Source of the DNA: a phage | DNA length: 64,000 nt | Sequence record: PZ386947.1 | Direction: 5' to 3' (one strand) | In this document: in pieces, positions 47,464-59,600 of the stretch | Numbering within the stretch: the stretch's first letter is position 1 | Layout of the letters: each line of letters opens with the position of its first letter | Position numbers and translations under genes: made by a program | Notes under the pieces: model-generated | Databases searched by the model: none | What the model saw: the letters and a program-made list of their open reading frames with translations, nothing else | Told to the model about the DNA's origin: nothing

Positions 47464-47751
47464 TTACAAAAGATTTTTAGCAATAATCTTGAGATGTGCC
47501 GCAGAAATGTGTTTAGCTTTAAACAACGCAGTTTCTTCAGCAGGAGAGATAACGATTGTAGCACCATCCTTTTTAGCAGACCACCCATCGCCTAGGTAAA
47601 CAGTACCTTTGATTTCTTCGCCATCAACCAGACTAATCATTGGTTTACCTTCTCGTCCTTTATTTGCTTTAATAACTTCAGAAGTAAGAGTAGCTTCGGT
47701 AATAGTAGAAACCGGGGTAGTTGTAGAAGTAAATTCTTTGAAAGTTTTCAT
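47464..47751 (-). CDS. internal-protein-like (capsid targeting sequence)
   Basis: Starts MKTFKEFTSTTTPVSTITEA; AGGAAA RBS; own promoter copy upstream. Confidence 0.6.
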   Translation of the reverse strand: MKTFKEFTSTTTPVSTITEATLTSEVIKANKGREGKPMISLVDGEEIKGTVYLGDGWSAKKDGATIVISPAEETALFKAKHISAAHLKIIAKNLL

Positions 47752-47781
47752 TTTATTTTCCTAATTAATTTTGATAGGGTA

Positions 47782-47810
47782 ATAGTATCACAACTAAAAC
47801 CCTATGTAAA
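47782..47810 (-). promoter_or_regulatory. T4-type early promoter
   Basis: Same conserved element. Confidence 0.65.
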
Positions 47811-47823
47811 CAACTTTGTGAAA

Positions 47824-48081
47824 TTATTTTAAATCTTCTAATCGTTTCTTCATCTTAGAACCGTTCTTAGCGATTTCGCCTGCATCAGAGCATAATGCTA
47901 AAAGCGCTTTAACTTTAGTTTGGTCTCCTTTAAAAGATGAAGGATCAACAGCAGCAGCAAGTTCTTTAATACGAGAGAAAAGACGCTCAGCTTCAGCTAA
48001 AGCCATTCCAAGCTTTACTTCCATACCGCGGGAAGATTCAGTAATAGTAGTTTTTGTAGCAAACTCTTTGAAAGTTTTCAT
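47824..48081 (-). CDS. internal-protein-like (capsid targeting sequence)
   Basis: Starts MKTFKEFATKTTITES; own promoter copy upstream. Confidence 0.6.
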   Translation of the reverse strand: MKTFKEFATKTTITESSRGMEVKLGMALAEAERLFSRIKELAAAVDPSSFKGDQTKVKALLALCSDAGEIAKNGSKMKKRLEDLK

Positions 48082-48111
48082 TTTATTTTCCTAATTAATT
48101 TTGATGAGGTA

Positions 48112-48140
48112 ATAGTATCACTACCTCATCAGTATGTAAA
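48112..48140 (-). promoter_or_regulatory. T4-type early promoter
   Basis: Same conserved element. Confidence 0.65.
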
Positions 48141-48153
48141 CAACTTTGTGAAA

Positions 48154-48838
<685 letters not shown>

Positions 48839-48839
<1 letters not shown>

Positions 48840-49564
48840 TATAGTACCTTTAGTGTATTTTTAATTTTAGAAAAAAGTTCTTCAAGAGAACCATCGTTTG
48901 TAATTACTAAATCGCCATCACGAATTGGCAATCCAGCTTCTGTAATATGTGTATCATTGGATTTTTGACCAGGACGAACTACATGAATTACTGTAGCACC
49001 CATCGCCCTAGCCGCATCCATTTCATGATCTTGACGGGTATCAGGAACGATATAATAATCATAACCTGAGTTAAATTTATCAAGATAATCTAAAGCAAAT
49101 AATTTTACCCAGTACATGCGGTCGAAGTTATTAACAATCAAATCCGTACCTAGGGCTTGCATCAGACGACGGACTGACCATTGATCTTCAATATTATTTA
49201 TAACGTCAATAATCTTGTTAAATGCTACGGAATTAACTGATTCTTGTCCTTCGTCATCAAAAACAAACACACCCTTAATTGGGCTTTTACCGTTAAGATA
49301 GCAAAATGCTTGTTCCATAATCGTGATTACTTCTGATTTAGTCAGATTTAAATTAGTCTCACGATCATAGTCAATTCCTTCAAACTCTTTACGAGTTAAG
49401 CAAGGATAGTCAGTGTTTGCTGCAAATACTCCCCATGCATAAGCCAATGCATCCTTAATAGGACCAGCAAGTTGGTATTTAACTGCAGAATAATTGCTCA
49501 TGATAAAATCAGCAGTAGTATCTTTTCCACTACGCTTTACACCGCTTAAAAAGATTAGTTTCAT
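48839..49564 (-). CDS. 1: deoxynucleoside monophosphate kinase
   Basis: Start MKLIFLSGVKRSGKDTTADF (P-loop), 241 aa; the ORF-track N-terminal extension is rejected. Confidence 0.95.
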
Positions 49565-49613
49565 GTGTTTCTCCTCAAATTTAATTAAGATTATAACACA
49601 CAAAACTGAAGCA

Positions 49614-50144
49614 TTAAACTTCTGCTATAATTTTACCATCTTTTTCTACTTGAAAATACGTATAAGGAATCGTAGCTGTACATACTAAAGCCGGGTCTGA
49701 ATCTTCTGTGTAGCTAAATTCTACTTCAGATAGGTCAGAAACCCAAGGCTTATAAAAATTTATTGACATCACGATTTCAGTTTTGCTATTATCTAAGATG
49801 TAAAGCGTAATGTACTCAGGACCTGTTTTTTGGGCAGTATTTTCACCTGTAAGATAGTTGCTAGTTCCTAGCATCCATTCATACATTCCTATCCACGACT
49901 TAAGTTCTTCATCAACTATAAATCTCACAATGAGTGGATCATACTCAAATGTAACACCTGGACGTTGTGCTCTACCCAGTCCAAACGGCCCAGTCACGGT
50001 ATCAGTAACAGGTATTCTAATTCCTGGAATAGGAACTGACTGAGCATTTAAAGTAAAAGCAGATGTAGTATTACTATGTGGTATTGATACTACAAAGTTA
50101 GTTGTATTTGCTTGGTTAAAAATTTGTTGCAGAGCTTGCGACAT
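49614..50144 (-). CDS. 3: tail completion / sheath stabiliser gp3
   Basis: ORF track 49614..50225; likely start MSQALQQIFNQ giving 176 aa as in T4 gp3. Confidence 0.85.
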   Translation of the reverse strand: MSQALQQIFNQANTTNFVVSIPHSNTTSAFTLNAQSVPIPGIRIPVTDTVTGPFGLGRAQRPGVTFEYDPLIVRFIVDEELKSWIGMYEWMLGTSNYLTGENTAQKTGPEYITLYILDNSKTEIVMSINFYKPWVSDLSEVEFSYTEDSDPALVCTATIPYTYFQVEKDGKIIAEV

Positions 50145-50250
50145 ATATTCCTCATAATGCTTTATAACTGTTGGTGGTATAATGGGTCTAAGTCCCTTCC
50201 ATTCAATTCCATTTAGAACAAACAACAGAAAAGAATGGAAGATAATAGAA

Positions 50251-51075
50251 TTAGATATTTGACCAGACTTTGTTTGCAGAGAAACGTTTTCCTTTTGAAA
50301 CGAACTGCTGAAGTGGCATCAACACAACGTTCGCCCAGTCTTTCGGGGCGATTTCAACAAGGCTACCCATAATATTACCAGGTATATATGCCTTAATCAT
50401 TTGGTCTGCACCCCTAAATCCTTTCACTTGACTCCAATCAATTTTTAATTTCGTTTTATTAGTAATAGTAGGTGTATTTGCATATTGCTTTAAAAGCTCT
50501 TCTAGGAATTGCTGACGAGCTTTAGGTGGAATATAGTGCAAGTTTAATCCGTACATTAAATTATGCTTACCTAAACCAAGGTAAATTATCAAAGGAAATT
50601 TATCCCAGTAAGGAAGAGTTTCCTTGTGTTTAGCATCATAAGCAAAAGCATATATTCGTCCCGGCTGCGGGCGAACAACTTTATGTCCTTTTACTTGCTT
50701 AATAGTTTCAGCAAACCATTTTCTGGTTTTATTATTAATTGCTGCACCTTCATTACGAATTTTATCACGCAATGTTTGTCTGAATGAATTTATCATAAGC
50801 AGTTGTCTTTCTTGCTTATTGAGCTTATTCATTGGTTTTGATTCAAGCTTTTGAATCTTTTCAGCCGTTTTAATTCCTGAAGCATATTTTGACATTGCCG
50901 AAGTAAACGTAGAGTATTTGATTCCTCTTTCTTCAGCAAATTGCTTTCCTGTCATTCCTTTTGCTTTGGCCTTTTTATATTCAAGACCTATCTGAATCCA
51001 TTTCTTTTCGTTTAATGATTGCTTAACCTTTGGAACTTGGGGAGTGCTTTCATTAATTATTTGAAAAATAGCCAT
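50251..51075 (-). CDS. 2: DNA end protector gp2
   Basis: 274 aa, same size and position as T4 gp2. Confidence 0.88.
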
Positions 51076-51527
51076 TATGCCCCCTTAAAGCCAAGAGCTC
51101 GTAATCCATCTTCTGTTAAAATTCTAAATTTTATTCCACGCTTTTCAGCTAAAGATTGTGCTGCTTTCCATTTGTCGGTGTTAACAGACCAGGTATAAAT
51201 TTCATTCATAAATCTTTTCTTCGCTGCGGTTGTTAGATGCGCCGGTTTAACTGGTGGTTGTGTTTCTTTTTTAGGTTTTATTTCAATAAAAAATTCTTGT
51301 CCAGAAGAATCTTTCATCCAAATATCCATGAAGTATCTACGTTTTTTCCCTTCTGCATTACAAAAATAAGGAATTACTGCTGTTTCACTACCCCATGCAA
51401 TAATTTCTGGATTTTTATCTAACCATTCAAAAAAGAATTTTTCCCAATTTGATCTATACGTAATTTTTTTAGGGTCACCTCTATACTTTGATATATTTTT
51501 AGGAACCCATTTTCCAGAATATGCCAT
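51075..51527 (-). CDS. 4: head completion protein gp4
   Basis: 150 aa, same size and position as T4 gp4; start overlaps gp2. Confidence 0.88.
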
Positions 51528-51538
51528 TGGATTCTCCT

Positions 51539-51546
51539 TATAAATA
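51539..51546 (+). promoter_or_regulatory. late promoter TATAAATA for gene 53
   Basis: Exact TATAAATA about 29 nt upstream of the gene 53 ATG. Confidence 0.7.
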
Positions 51547-51553
51547 GATAATA

Positions 51554-51561
51554 TATTTATA
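51554..51561 (-). promoter_or_regulatory. late promoter TATAAATA for genes 4-2-3 (divergent)
   Basis: Plus-strand TATTTATA is TATAAATA on the minus strand, upstream of the gene 4 start. Confidence 0.65.
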
Positions 51562-51574
51562 AACAGGAGGGCCC

Positions 51575-52165
51575 ATGCTCTTTACATTTTTTGATCCGAT
51601 TGAATATGCGGCCAAAACGGTGAATAAAAACGCGCCGACTATTCCTATGACAGATATTTTTAGAAACTATAAAGACTATTTTAAACGCGCTCTTGCGGGA
51701 TACCGCTTACGTACTTATTATATCAAAGGTTCACCACGCCCGGAAGAATTAGCAAATACTATATATGGAAATCCACAGTTGTATTGGGTTTTATTGATGT
51801 GTAATGATAATTATGACCCGTATTATGGATGGATTACTTCACAAGAAGCAGCTTATCAAGCATCTATACAAAAATACAAAAATGTAGGTGGAGACCAAAT
51901 AGTATATCATGTGAATGAGAACGGTGAAAAATTTTATAATTTAATATCATACGATGATAATCCATATGTTTGGTATGATAAAGGCGATAAAGCTAGAAAA
52001 TATCCTCAATATGAAGGAGCACTTGCTGCGGTCGATACGTATGAAGCTGCTGTTCTTGAAAATGAAAAACTTCGTCAAATAAAAATAATAGCAAAATCAG
52101 ACATCAATTCATTTATGAACGACCTTATACGTATAATGGAGAAATCTTATGGAAATGATAAGTAA
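51575..52165 (+). CDS. 53: baseplate wedge protein gp53
   Basis: 196 aa, same size and position as T4 gp53. Confidence 0.9.
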   Translation: MLFTFFDPIEYAAKTVNKNAPTIPMTDIFRNYKDYFKRALAGYRLRTYYIKGSPRPEELANTIYGNPQLYWVLLMCNDNYDPYYGWITSQEAAYQASIQKYKNVGGDQIVYHVNENGEKFYNLISYDDNPYVWYDKGDKARKYPQYEGALAAVDTYEAAVLENEKLRQIKIIAKSDINSFMNDLIRIMEKSYGNDK

Positions 52166-53876
52166 TAACCTTAATTGGTTTGTTGGTGTTGTTGAAGATA
52201 GAATGGACCCATTAAAATTAGGTCGTGTTCGTGTTCGTGTGGTTGGTCTGCATCCACCTCAAAGAGCACAAGGCGATGTAATGGGTATTCCAACTGAAAA
52301 ATTACCATGGATGTCAGTTATTCAACCTATAACTTCTGCAGCAATGTCTGGAATTGGAGGTTCTGTTACTGGTCCGGTAGAAGGAACTAGAGTCTATGGT
52401 CATTTTTTAGACAAATGGAAAACTAACGGAATTGTCCTTGGCACGTATGGTGGAATAGTTCGCGAAAAACCTAATAGACTTGAAGGATTTTCTGATCCGA
52501 CTGGACAGTATCCTAGACGTCTAGGAAATGATACTAACGTATTAAACCAAGGCGGAGAAGTAGGATATGATTCGTCTTCTAATATTATCCAAGATAGCAA
52601 TCTAGACACTGCGATAAATCCTGATGATAGACCACTATCAGAGATTCCAACTGATGATAATCCAAATATGTCAATGGCTGAAATGCTTCGCCGCGATGAA
52701 GGATTAAGACTAAAAGTTTATTGGGATACTGAAGGATATCCGACAATTGGTATTGGTCATCTTATCATGAAGCAGCCAGTTCGTGATATGACTCAAATTA
52801 ATAAAGTTTTATCAAAACAGGTTGGTCGTGAAATTACCGGAAATCCAGGTTCTATTACAATGGAAGAAGCGGTAACTTTATTTGAACGTGATTTGGCTGA
52901 TATGCAAAGGGATATTAAATCACATTCTAAAGTAGGACCAGTCTGGCAAGCTGTCAACCGTTCTCGTCAAATGGCATTAGAAAATATGGCGTTTCAGATG
53001 GGTGTTGGCGGTGTAGCTAAATTTAACACAATGTTAACTGCTATGTTAGCCGGAGATTGGGAAAAAGCATATAAAGCCGGTCGTGATTCATTGTGGTATC
53101 AACAAACAAAAGGCCGTGCATCCCGTGTTACCATGATTATTCTTACGGGGAATTTGGAATCATATGGTGTTGAAGTGAAAACCCCAGCTAGGTCTCTATC
53201 AGCAATGGCTGCTACTGTAGCTAAATCTTCTGACCCGGCTGACCCTCCTATTCCAAATGACTCGAGAATTTTATTCAAAGAACCAGTTTCTTCATATAAA
53301 GGTGAATATCCTTATGTGCATACAATGGAAACTGAAAGCGGACATATTCAGGAATTTGATGATACTCCTGGGCAAGAACGATACAGATTAGTTCATCCGA
53401 CTGGAACTTATGAAGAAGTATCACCGTCAGGAAGAAGAACAAGAAAAACTGTCGATAATTTGTATGATATAACCAACGCTGATGGTAATTTTTTGATAGC
53501 CGGTGATAAAAAGACTAACGTCGGTGGATCAGAAATTTATTACAACATGGATAATCGTCTTCACCAAATAGATGGAAGCAATACAATATTTGTACGTGGC
53601 GATGAAACTAAGACGGTTGAAGGTAATGGAACTATCCTAGTTAAAGGTAATGTTACTATTGTAGTTGAAGGTAATGCTGACATCACAGTTAAAGGAGATG
53701 CTACCACTTTAGTTGAAGGTAATCAAACTAATACAGTAAATGGAAATCTTTCTTGGAAAGTTGCTGGGACAGTTGATTGGGACGTTGGTGGTGATTGGAC
53801 AGAAAAAATGGCATCTATGAGTTCTATTTCATCCGGTCAATACACAATTGATGGATCGAGGATTGACATTGGCTAA
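52149..53876 (+). CDS. 5: baseplate hub / tail lysozyme gp5
   Basis: 575 aa; N-terminal OB domain, central lysozyme domain MAEMLRRDEGLRLKVYWDTEGYPTIGIGHL, C-terminal VxGxxxxx beta-helix repeats. Confidence 0.96.
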   Translation: MEMISNNLNWFVGVVEDRMDPLKLGRVRVRVVGLHPPQRAQGDVMGIPTEKLPWMSVIQPITSAAMSGIGGSVTGPVEGTRVYGHFLDKWKTNGIVLGTYGGIVREKPNRLEGFSDPTGQYPRRLGNDTNVLNQGGEVGYDSSSNIIQDSNLDTAINPDDRPLSEIPTDDNPNMSMAEMLRRDEGLRLKVYWDTEGYPTIGIGHLIMKQPVRDMTQINKVLSKQVGREITGNPGSITMEEAVTLFERDLADMQRDIKSHSKVGPVWQAVNRSRQMALENMAFQMGVGGVAKFNTMLTAMLAGDWEKAYKAGRDSLWYQQTKGRASRVTMIILTGNLESYGVEVKTPARSLSAMAATVAKSSDPADPPIPNDSRILFKEPVSSYKGEYPYVHTMETESGHIQEFDDTPGQERYRLVHPTGTYEEVSPSGRRTRKTVDNLYDITNADGNFLIAGDKKTNVGGSEIYYNMDNRLHQIDGSNTIFVRGDETKTVEGNGTILVKGNVTIVVEGNADITVKGDATTLVEGNQTNTVNGNLSWKVAGTVDWDVGGDWTEKMASMSSISSGQYTIDGSRIDIG

Positions 53877-53910
53877 TATACTTCCAATGAGCGCTGATTT
53901 AGGAGAATCC

Positions 53911-54405
53911 ATGGAAGGTTCTTCTATCGACGTCACCTTTACCGCTCAATTAGAAACAGGTGAAACGTTAGTATCTATAAATATAACTAGTTACGAAGAA
54001 ACTCCTGGGGTTTTAGTAGAAGAAAATCGCTTATATGGAACATATGAATCTGTGTTTGGATTTGGAAATGACGCGTTGAAATATCGTTTAGGCGATGAAT
54101 TTAAAACTGCTGCTTCATGGGAAGAACTTCCTACTGATTCTGATACTCAGTTGTATTTGTGGAAAGCTCCTCAAAATCTCCAGAAGACATTCACTTACGA
54201 AGTAACATTAATATATGACTACCAAGAACAAAGTGAATCTGGAGGTTCTGGCAGTAATTCTAGGTCATCTTCTGATACTACTGAACCGACGGATCCTCCT
54301 GCTCCAGTAAGAAAAACTCTCGTTAAAAATTATACTAAAACTATAGTTGGAAATTGGAGTCGTTGGGCTAATAAATTAAGAAGCTATGTGTATGAGAGGT
54401 CATAG
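53911..54405 (+). CDS. hypothetical protein gp5.1-like
   Basis: ORF track 53848..54405; preferred start MEGSSIDV at 53911 with TAGGAGAA RBS. Alternative start at 53848. Confidence 0.55.
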
Positions 54406-54699
54406 ATGTCAGGATTAAGTTATGATAAATGTGTTACTGCTGGTCATGAAGCATGGCCTCCAACAGTTGTGAATGCTACACAAAGTAAAGTATTCACTGG
54501 AGGAATTGCTGTTCTCGTAGCAGGTGATCCAATTACAGAACATACAGAAATTAAAAAGCCATATGAAACACATGGCGGAGTGACACAACCCAGAACTTCT
54601 AAGGTATATGTCACTGGAAAGAAAGCTGTTCAAATGGCTGATCCAATATCATGCGGTGATACTGTGGCTCAGGCATCATCTAAAGTATTCATTAAATAG
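54406..54699 (+). CDS. 5.4: PAAR-repeat spike tip protein gp5.4
   Basis: 97 aa; size and position after gene 5 as in T4; Gly/Val-rich small beta protein. Confidence 0.85.
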
Positions 54700-54707
54700 G
54701 ATTTAAA

Positions 54708-56690
54708 ATGGCAAATACCCCTGTAAATTATCAATTAACAAGAACAGCAAATGCTATTCCCGAGATATTCGTCGGGGGTACGTTTGCTGAAATAAAACAA
54801 AATCTCATTGAATGGCTTAATGGCCAAAATGAATTTTTGGATTATGATTTTGAAGGCTCAAGATTAAACGTTCTGTGTGACCTTTTAGCTTATAATACAT
54901 TGTACATTCAACAGTTTGGTAATGCTGCTGTGTATGAAAGCTTTATGCGTACTGCTAACTTACGAAGTTCAGTTGTTCAAGCTGCACAAGATAACGGATA
55001 TTTACCTACTTCAAAATCCGCTGCGCAGACCGAAATTATGTTAACATGCACCGACGCATTGAATAGGAATTACATTACTATTCCTCGCGGAACTCGCTTT
55101 TTAGCATATGCAAAAGATACTTCTGTTAATCCATATAACTTCGTTTCTACCGAAGACGTTATTGCTATTCGTGATAAAAATAACCAATATTTTCCGCGTT
55201 TAAAATTGGCCCAGGGACGTATAGTAAGAACTGAAATCATTTATGATAAATTAACACCTATTATCATTTATGATAAAAATATTGATAGAAACCAGGTTAA
55301 ATTATACGTTGATGGAGCAGAATGGATTAACTGGACAAGAAAGTCAATGGTTCATGCTGGTTCTACATCGACAATTTACTACATGCGTGAAACTATTGAT
55401 GGAAATACTGAATTCTATTTTGGTGAAGGTGAAATTTCTGTTAATGCTTCTGAAGGAGCTTTGACCGCTAATTATATCGGAGGTCTTAAACCTACTCAGA
55501 ACTCTACGATTGTTATTGAGTACATCAGTACTAATGGTGCTGACGCGAACGGAGCAGTCGGATTTTCATACGCAGATACATTAACAAATATAACTGTCAT
55601 CAATATTAATGAAAATCCAAACGATGACCCAGATTTTGTTGGGGCAGATGGCGGCGGTGATCCAGAAGATATTGAGCGTATCCGCGAATTGGGTACTATT
55701 AAACGCGAAACCCAGCAACGCTGCGTAACTGCGACTGACTATGATACATTCGTTTCAGAGAGATTTGGTTCTATTATTCAAGCAGTTCAGACTTTCACTG
55801 ATTCTACTAAACCTGGTTATGCATTTATTGCTGCTAAACCTAAATCAGGTCTGTATTTAACTACCGTACAGCGTGAAGATATTAAAAATTATCTCAAAGA
55901 CTATAATTTAGCTCCTATTACGCCATCAATTATTTCTCCTAATTATCTTTTTATTAAGACTAATTTAAAAGTCACATATGCTTTAAATAAACTGCAAGAA
56001 TCCGAGCAGTGGCTTGAAGGTCAAATAATTGATAAAATTGATCGCTATTATACCGAAGATGTAGAAATTTTTAACTCGTCTTTCGCTAAATCTAAGATGT
56101 TGACATATGTAGATGATGCAGATCATTCTGTCATTGGTTCATCAGCGACTATTCAAATGGTTCGTGAAGTACAAAACTTCTATAAAACGCCTGAAGCGGG
56201 TATTAAATATAATAATCAAATAAAAGATCGTTCTATGGAATCTAATACGTTTTCATTTAATTCTGGACGAAAGGTTGTAAATCCTGATACTGGTTTAGAA
56301 GAAGATGTATTATATGATGTTCGTATAGTATCAACAGACCGAGATTCTAAAGGAATTGGTAAAGTTATTATTGGTCCATTTGCTTCTGGCGATGTTACAG
56401 AAAATGAAAACATTCAGCCGTATACAGGCAATGATTTTAATAAATTAGCAAATTCTGATGGACGTGACAAATATTATGTTATCGGTGAAATAAATTATCC
56501 AGCTGACATGATTTATTGGAATATCGCTAAAATTAATTTAACATCTGAAAAATTTGAAGTTCAGACTATTGAATTATATTCTGACCCAACCGATGATGTT
56601 ATCTTTACTCGCGATGGTTCACTGATTGTATTTGAAAATGATTTACGTCCGCAATACTTAACTATCGATTTGGAGCCTATATCACAATGA
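54708..56690 (+). CDS. 6: baseplate wedge protein gp6
   Basis: 660 aa, same length and position as T4 gp6. Confidence 0.93.
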   Translation: MANTPVNYQLTRTANAIPEIFVGGTFAEIKQNLIEWLNGQNEFLDYDFEGSRLNVLCDLLAYNTLYIQQFGNAAVYESFMRTANLRSSVVQAAQDNGYLPTSKSAAQTEIMLTCTDALNRNYITIPRGTRFLAYAKDTSVNPYNFVSTEDVIAIRDKNNQYFPRLKLAQGRIVRTEIIYDKLTPIIIYDKNIDRNQVKLYVDGAEWINWTRKSMVHAGSTSTIYYMRETIDGNTEFYFGEGEISVNASEGALTANYIGGLKPTQNSTIVIEYISTNGADANGAVGFSYADTLTNITVININENPNDDPDFVGADGGGDPEDIERIRELGTIKRETQQRCVTATDYDTFVSERFGSIIQAVQTFTDSTKPGYAFIAAKPKSGLYLTTVQREDIKNYLKDYNLAPITPSIISPNYLFIKTNLKVTYALNKLQESEQWLEGQIIDKIDRYYTEDVEIFNSSFAKSKMLTYVDDADHSVIGSSATIQMVREVQNFYKTPEAGIKYNNQIKDRSMESNTFSFNSGRKVVNPDTGLEEDVLYDVRIVSTDRDSKGIGKVIIGPFASGDVTENENIQPYTGNDFNKLANSDGRDKYYVIGEINYPADMIYWNIAKINLTSEKFEVQTIELYSDPTDDVIFTRDGSLIVFENDLRPQYLTIDLEPISQ

Positions 56691-59600
56691 CAGTAAAAGC
56701 ACCTTCAGTCACTAGTCTCAGAATTTCCAAGTTATCCGCAAATCAGGTGCAAGTACGCTGGGATGACGTTGGTGCTAATTTCTACTATTTTGTAGAAATC
56801 GCTGAGACAAAAACAGACTCGGGGGAAAATCTCCCGAGTGATCAATATCGTTGGATTAATTTAGGATATACAGCAAACAATAGTTTCTTTTTTGATGATG
56901 CTGATCCACTAACATCATACATCATTAGAGTAGCTACAGCTGCACAAGATTTTGAGCAATCTGATTGGGTTTATACGGAAGAGTTTGAAACTTTTGCTAC
57001 GAATGCTTACACATTTCAAAACATGATTGAAATGCAATTAGCCAATAAATTCATTCAGGAAAAGTTTACTCTTAACAATTCTAATTATGTCAATTTTAAT
57101 AATGACACTATAATGGCTGCATTGATGAATGAATCGTTCCAATTCAGCCCATCATATGTTGATGTTTCATCAATCAGTAATTTTATTATTGGTGAAAATG
57201 AGTATCATGAAATACAAGGTTCCATTCAGCAAGTATGTAAGGATATTAACCGAGTTTATTTAATGGAATCAGAAGGGATTCTATATCTTTTTGAGCGTTA
57301 TCAACCCGTGGTTAAAGTATCTAATGATAAAGGACAAACCTGGAAAGCTGTAAAGCTCTTCAATGACCGTGTAGGATATCCTTTATCTAAGACAGTATAT
57401 TACCAATCTGCGAACACTACATACGTTCTAGGATACGACAAGATTTTCTATGGCCGCAAATCTACTGATGTTAGATGGTCAGCCGATGATGTCAGATTTA
57501 GTTCACAGGATATAACATTCGCTAAACTTGGCGACCAATTACATCTAGGATTTGATGTAGAAATTTTTGCCACTTACGCGACTTTACCAGCGAATGTATA
57601 TCGTATAGCTGAAGCCATTACTTGTACGGATGATTATATCTATGTTGTCGCCAGAGACAAAGTTAGATACATAAAAACGAGTAATGCACCTATAGATTCT
57701 GATCCATTATCTCCAACATATTCGGAAAGACTTTTTGAACCTGATACCATGACTATAACCGGAAATCCTAAAGCAGTATGCTATAAAATGGATTCTATTG
57801 GTGATAAAGTTTTTGCTCTTATTATCGGTGAAGTTGAAACATTAAATGCTAATCCTAGAACGTCAAAAATAATTGATTCTACTGATAAAGGAATATATGT
57901 TTTAAATCATGACACAAAAACGTGGAAAAGAGTTTTTGGCAACACTGAAGAAGAAAGAAGACGTATTCAACCTGGGTATGCGAATATGTCAACTGATGGT
58001 AAATTAGTTTCTCTATCTTCGAGTAATTTTAAATTTTTAAATGATAACGTTGTTAATGACCCTGAAACTGTAGCAAAATATCAGTTAATCGGTGCCGTTA
58101 AATATGAATTTCCTCGTGAATGGTTAGCTGATAAGCATTATCATATGATGGCATTTATAGCAGATGAAAAGTCTGATTGGGAAACTTTTACGCCTCAGCC
58201 AATGAAATACTACGCAGAACCGTTCTTTAATTGGTCTAAAAAATCTAACACACGCTGTTGGATAAACAACTCTAATAGAGCTGTAGTAGTTTATGCTGAT
58301 TTAAAATACACTAAAGTTATAGAAAATATTCCGGAAACATCACCAGATAGATTAGTTCATGAATACTGGGATGATGGTGATTGTACGATAGTAATGCCAA
58401 ATGTTAAATTCACGGGATTTAAAAAATATGCGTCTGGGATGCTTTTTTATAAATCTTCTGGTGAAATAATTTCTTATTATGATTTTAACTATCGTGTGAG
58501 AGATACAGTAGAAATTATTTGGAAGCCGACTGGAGTATTTTTAAAAGCATTTTTACAAAACCAAGAGCATGAGACTCCTTGGTCGCCAGAAGAAGAGCAT
58601 GGATTAGCTGACCCTGATTTAAGACCATTAATTGGCACAATGATGCCTGATTCTTATTTGTTGCAGGATTCGAATTTTGAGGCATTTTGTGAAGCATATA
58701 TTCAATATCTTTCTGACGGATACGGAACTCAGTATAATAATTTACGAAATTTAATTCGTAATCAGTATCCACGAGAAGAGCATGCGTGGGAATATTTGTG
58801 GTCAGAGATATATAAAAGAAACATTTATTTAAATGCTGACAAACGTGATGCTGTTGCAAGATTTTTTGAATCACGTAGTTATGATTTTTATTCTACTAAA
58901 GGAATTGAAGCATCATACAAATTTCTTTTTAAAGTTCTTTATAATGAAGAAGTTGAAATTGAAATTGAATCTGGAGCTGGTACTGAATATGATATAATCG
59001 TTCAATCTGATTCTTTGACTGAGGATTTAGTAGGACAAACGATTTATACAGCTACAGGAAGATGTAATGTTACTTATATAGAAAGAAGTTATTCTAACGG
59101 TAAATTGCAATGGACCGTGACTATACATAATCTTTTGGGGCGTTTAATAGCAGGGCAAGAAGTTAAAGCAGAAAGACTTCCTAGTTTTGAAGGCGAAATT
59201 ATTCGTGGGGTTAAAGGAAAGGATTTGCTTCAAAATAATATAGACTATATTAATAGAAGTCGATCATATTATGTAATGAAAATTAAATCCAATTTACCTT
59301 CTTCTCGTTGGAAATCTGACGTTATTCGTTTTGTTCATCCAGTAGGATTTGGATTTATAGCAATCACGCTTTTAACTATGTTTATTAATGTCGGTTTAAC
59401 TCTTAAACACACAGAGACAATAATTAATAAATATAAAAACTACAAATGGGATTCTGGATTGCCTACTGAATATGCTGATAGAGTAGCTAAATTAACTCCA
59501 ACTGGCGAAATTGAACATGATTCAGTAACAGGAGAAGCAATTTATGAACCTGGCCCAATGGCTGGTGTAAAATATCCTCTTCCTGATGACTATAATGCTG

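Noticed and set aside
47376-47588. 70-aa minus-strand ORF
   Set aside because: Overlaps a promoter copy and the IP-like gene 47464..47751 in another frame; includes the promoter-derived LGFSSDTITLS artefact.
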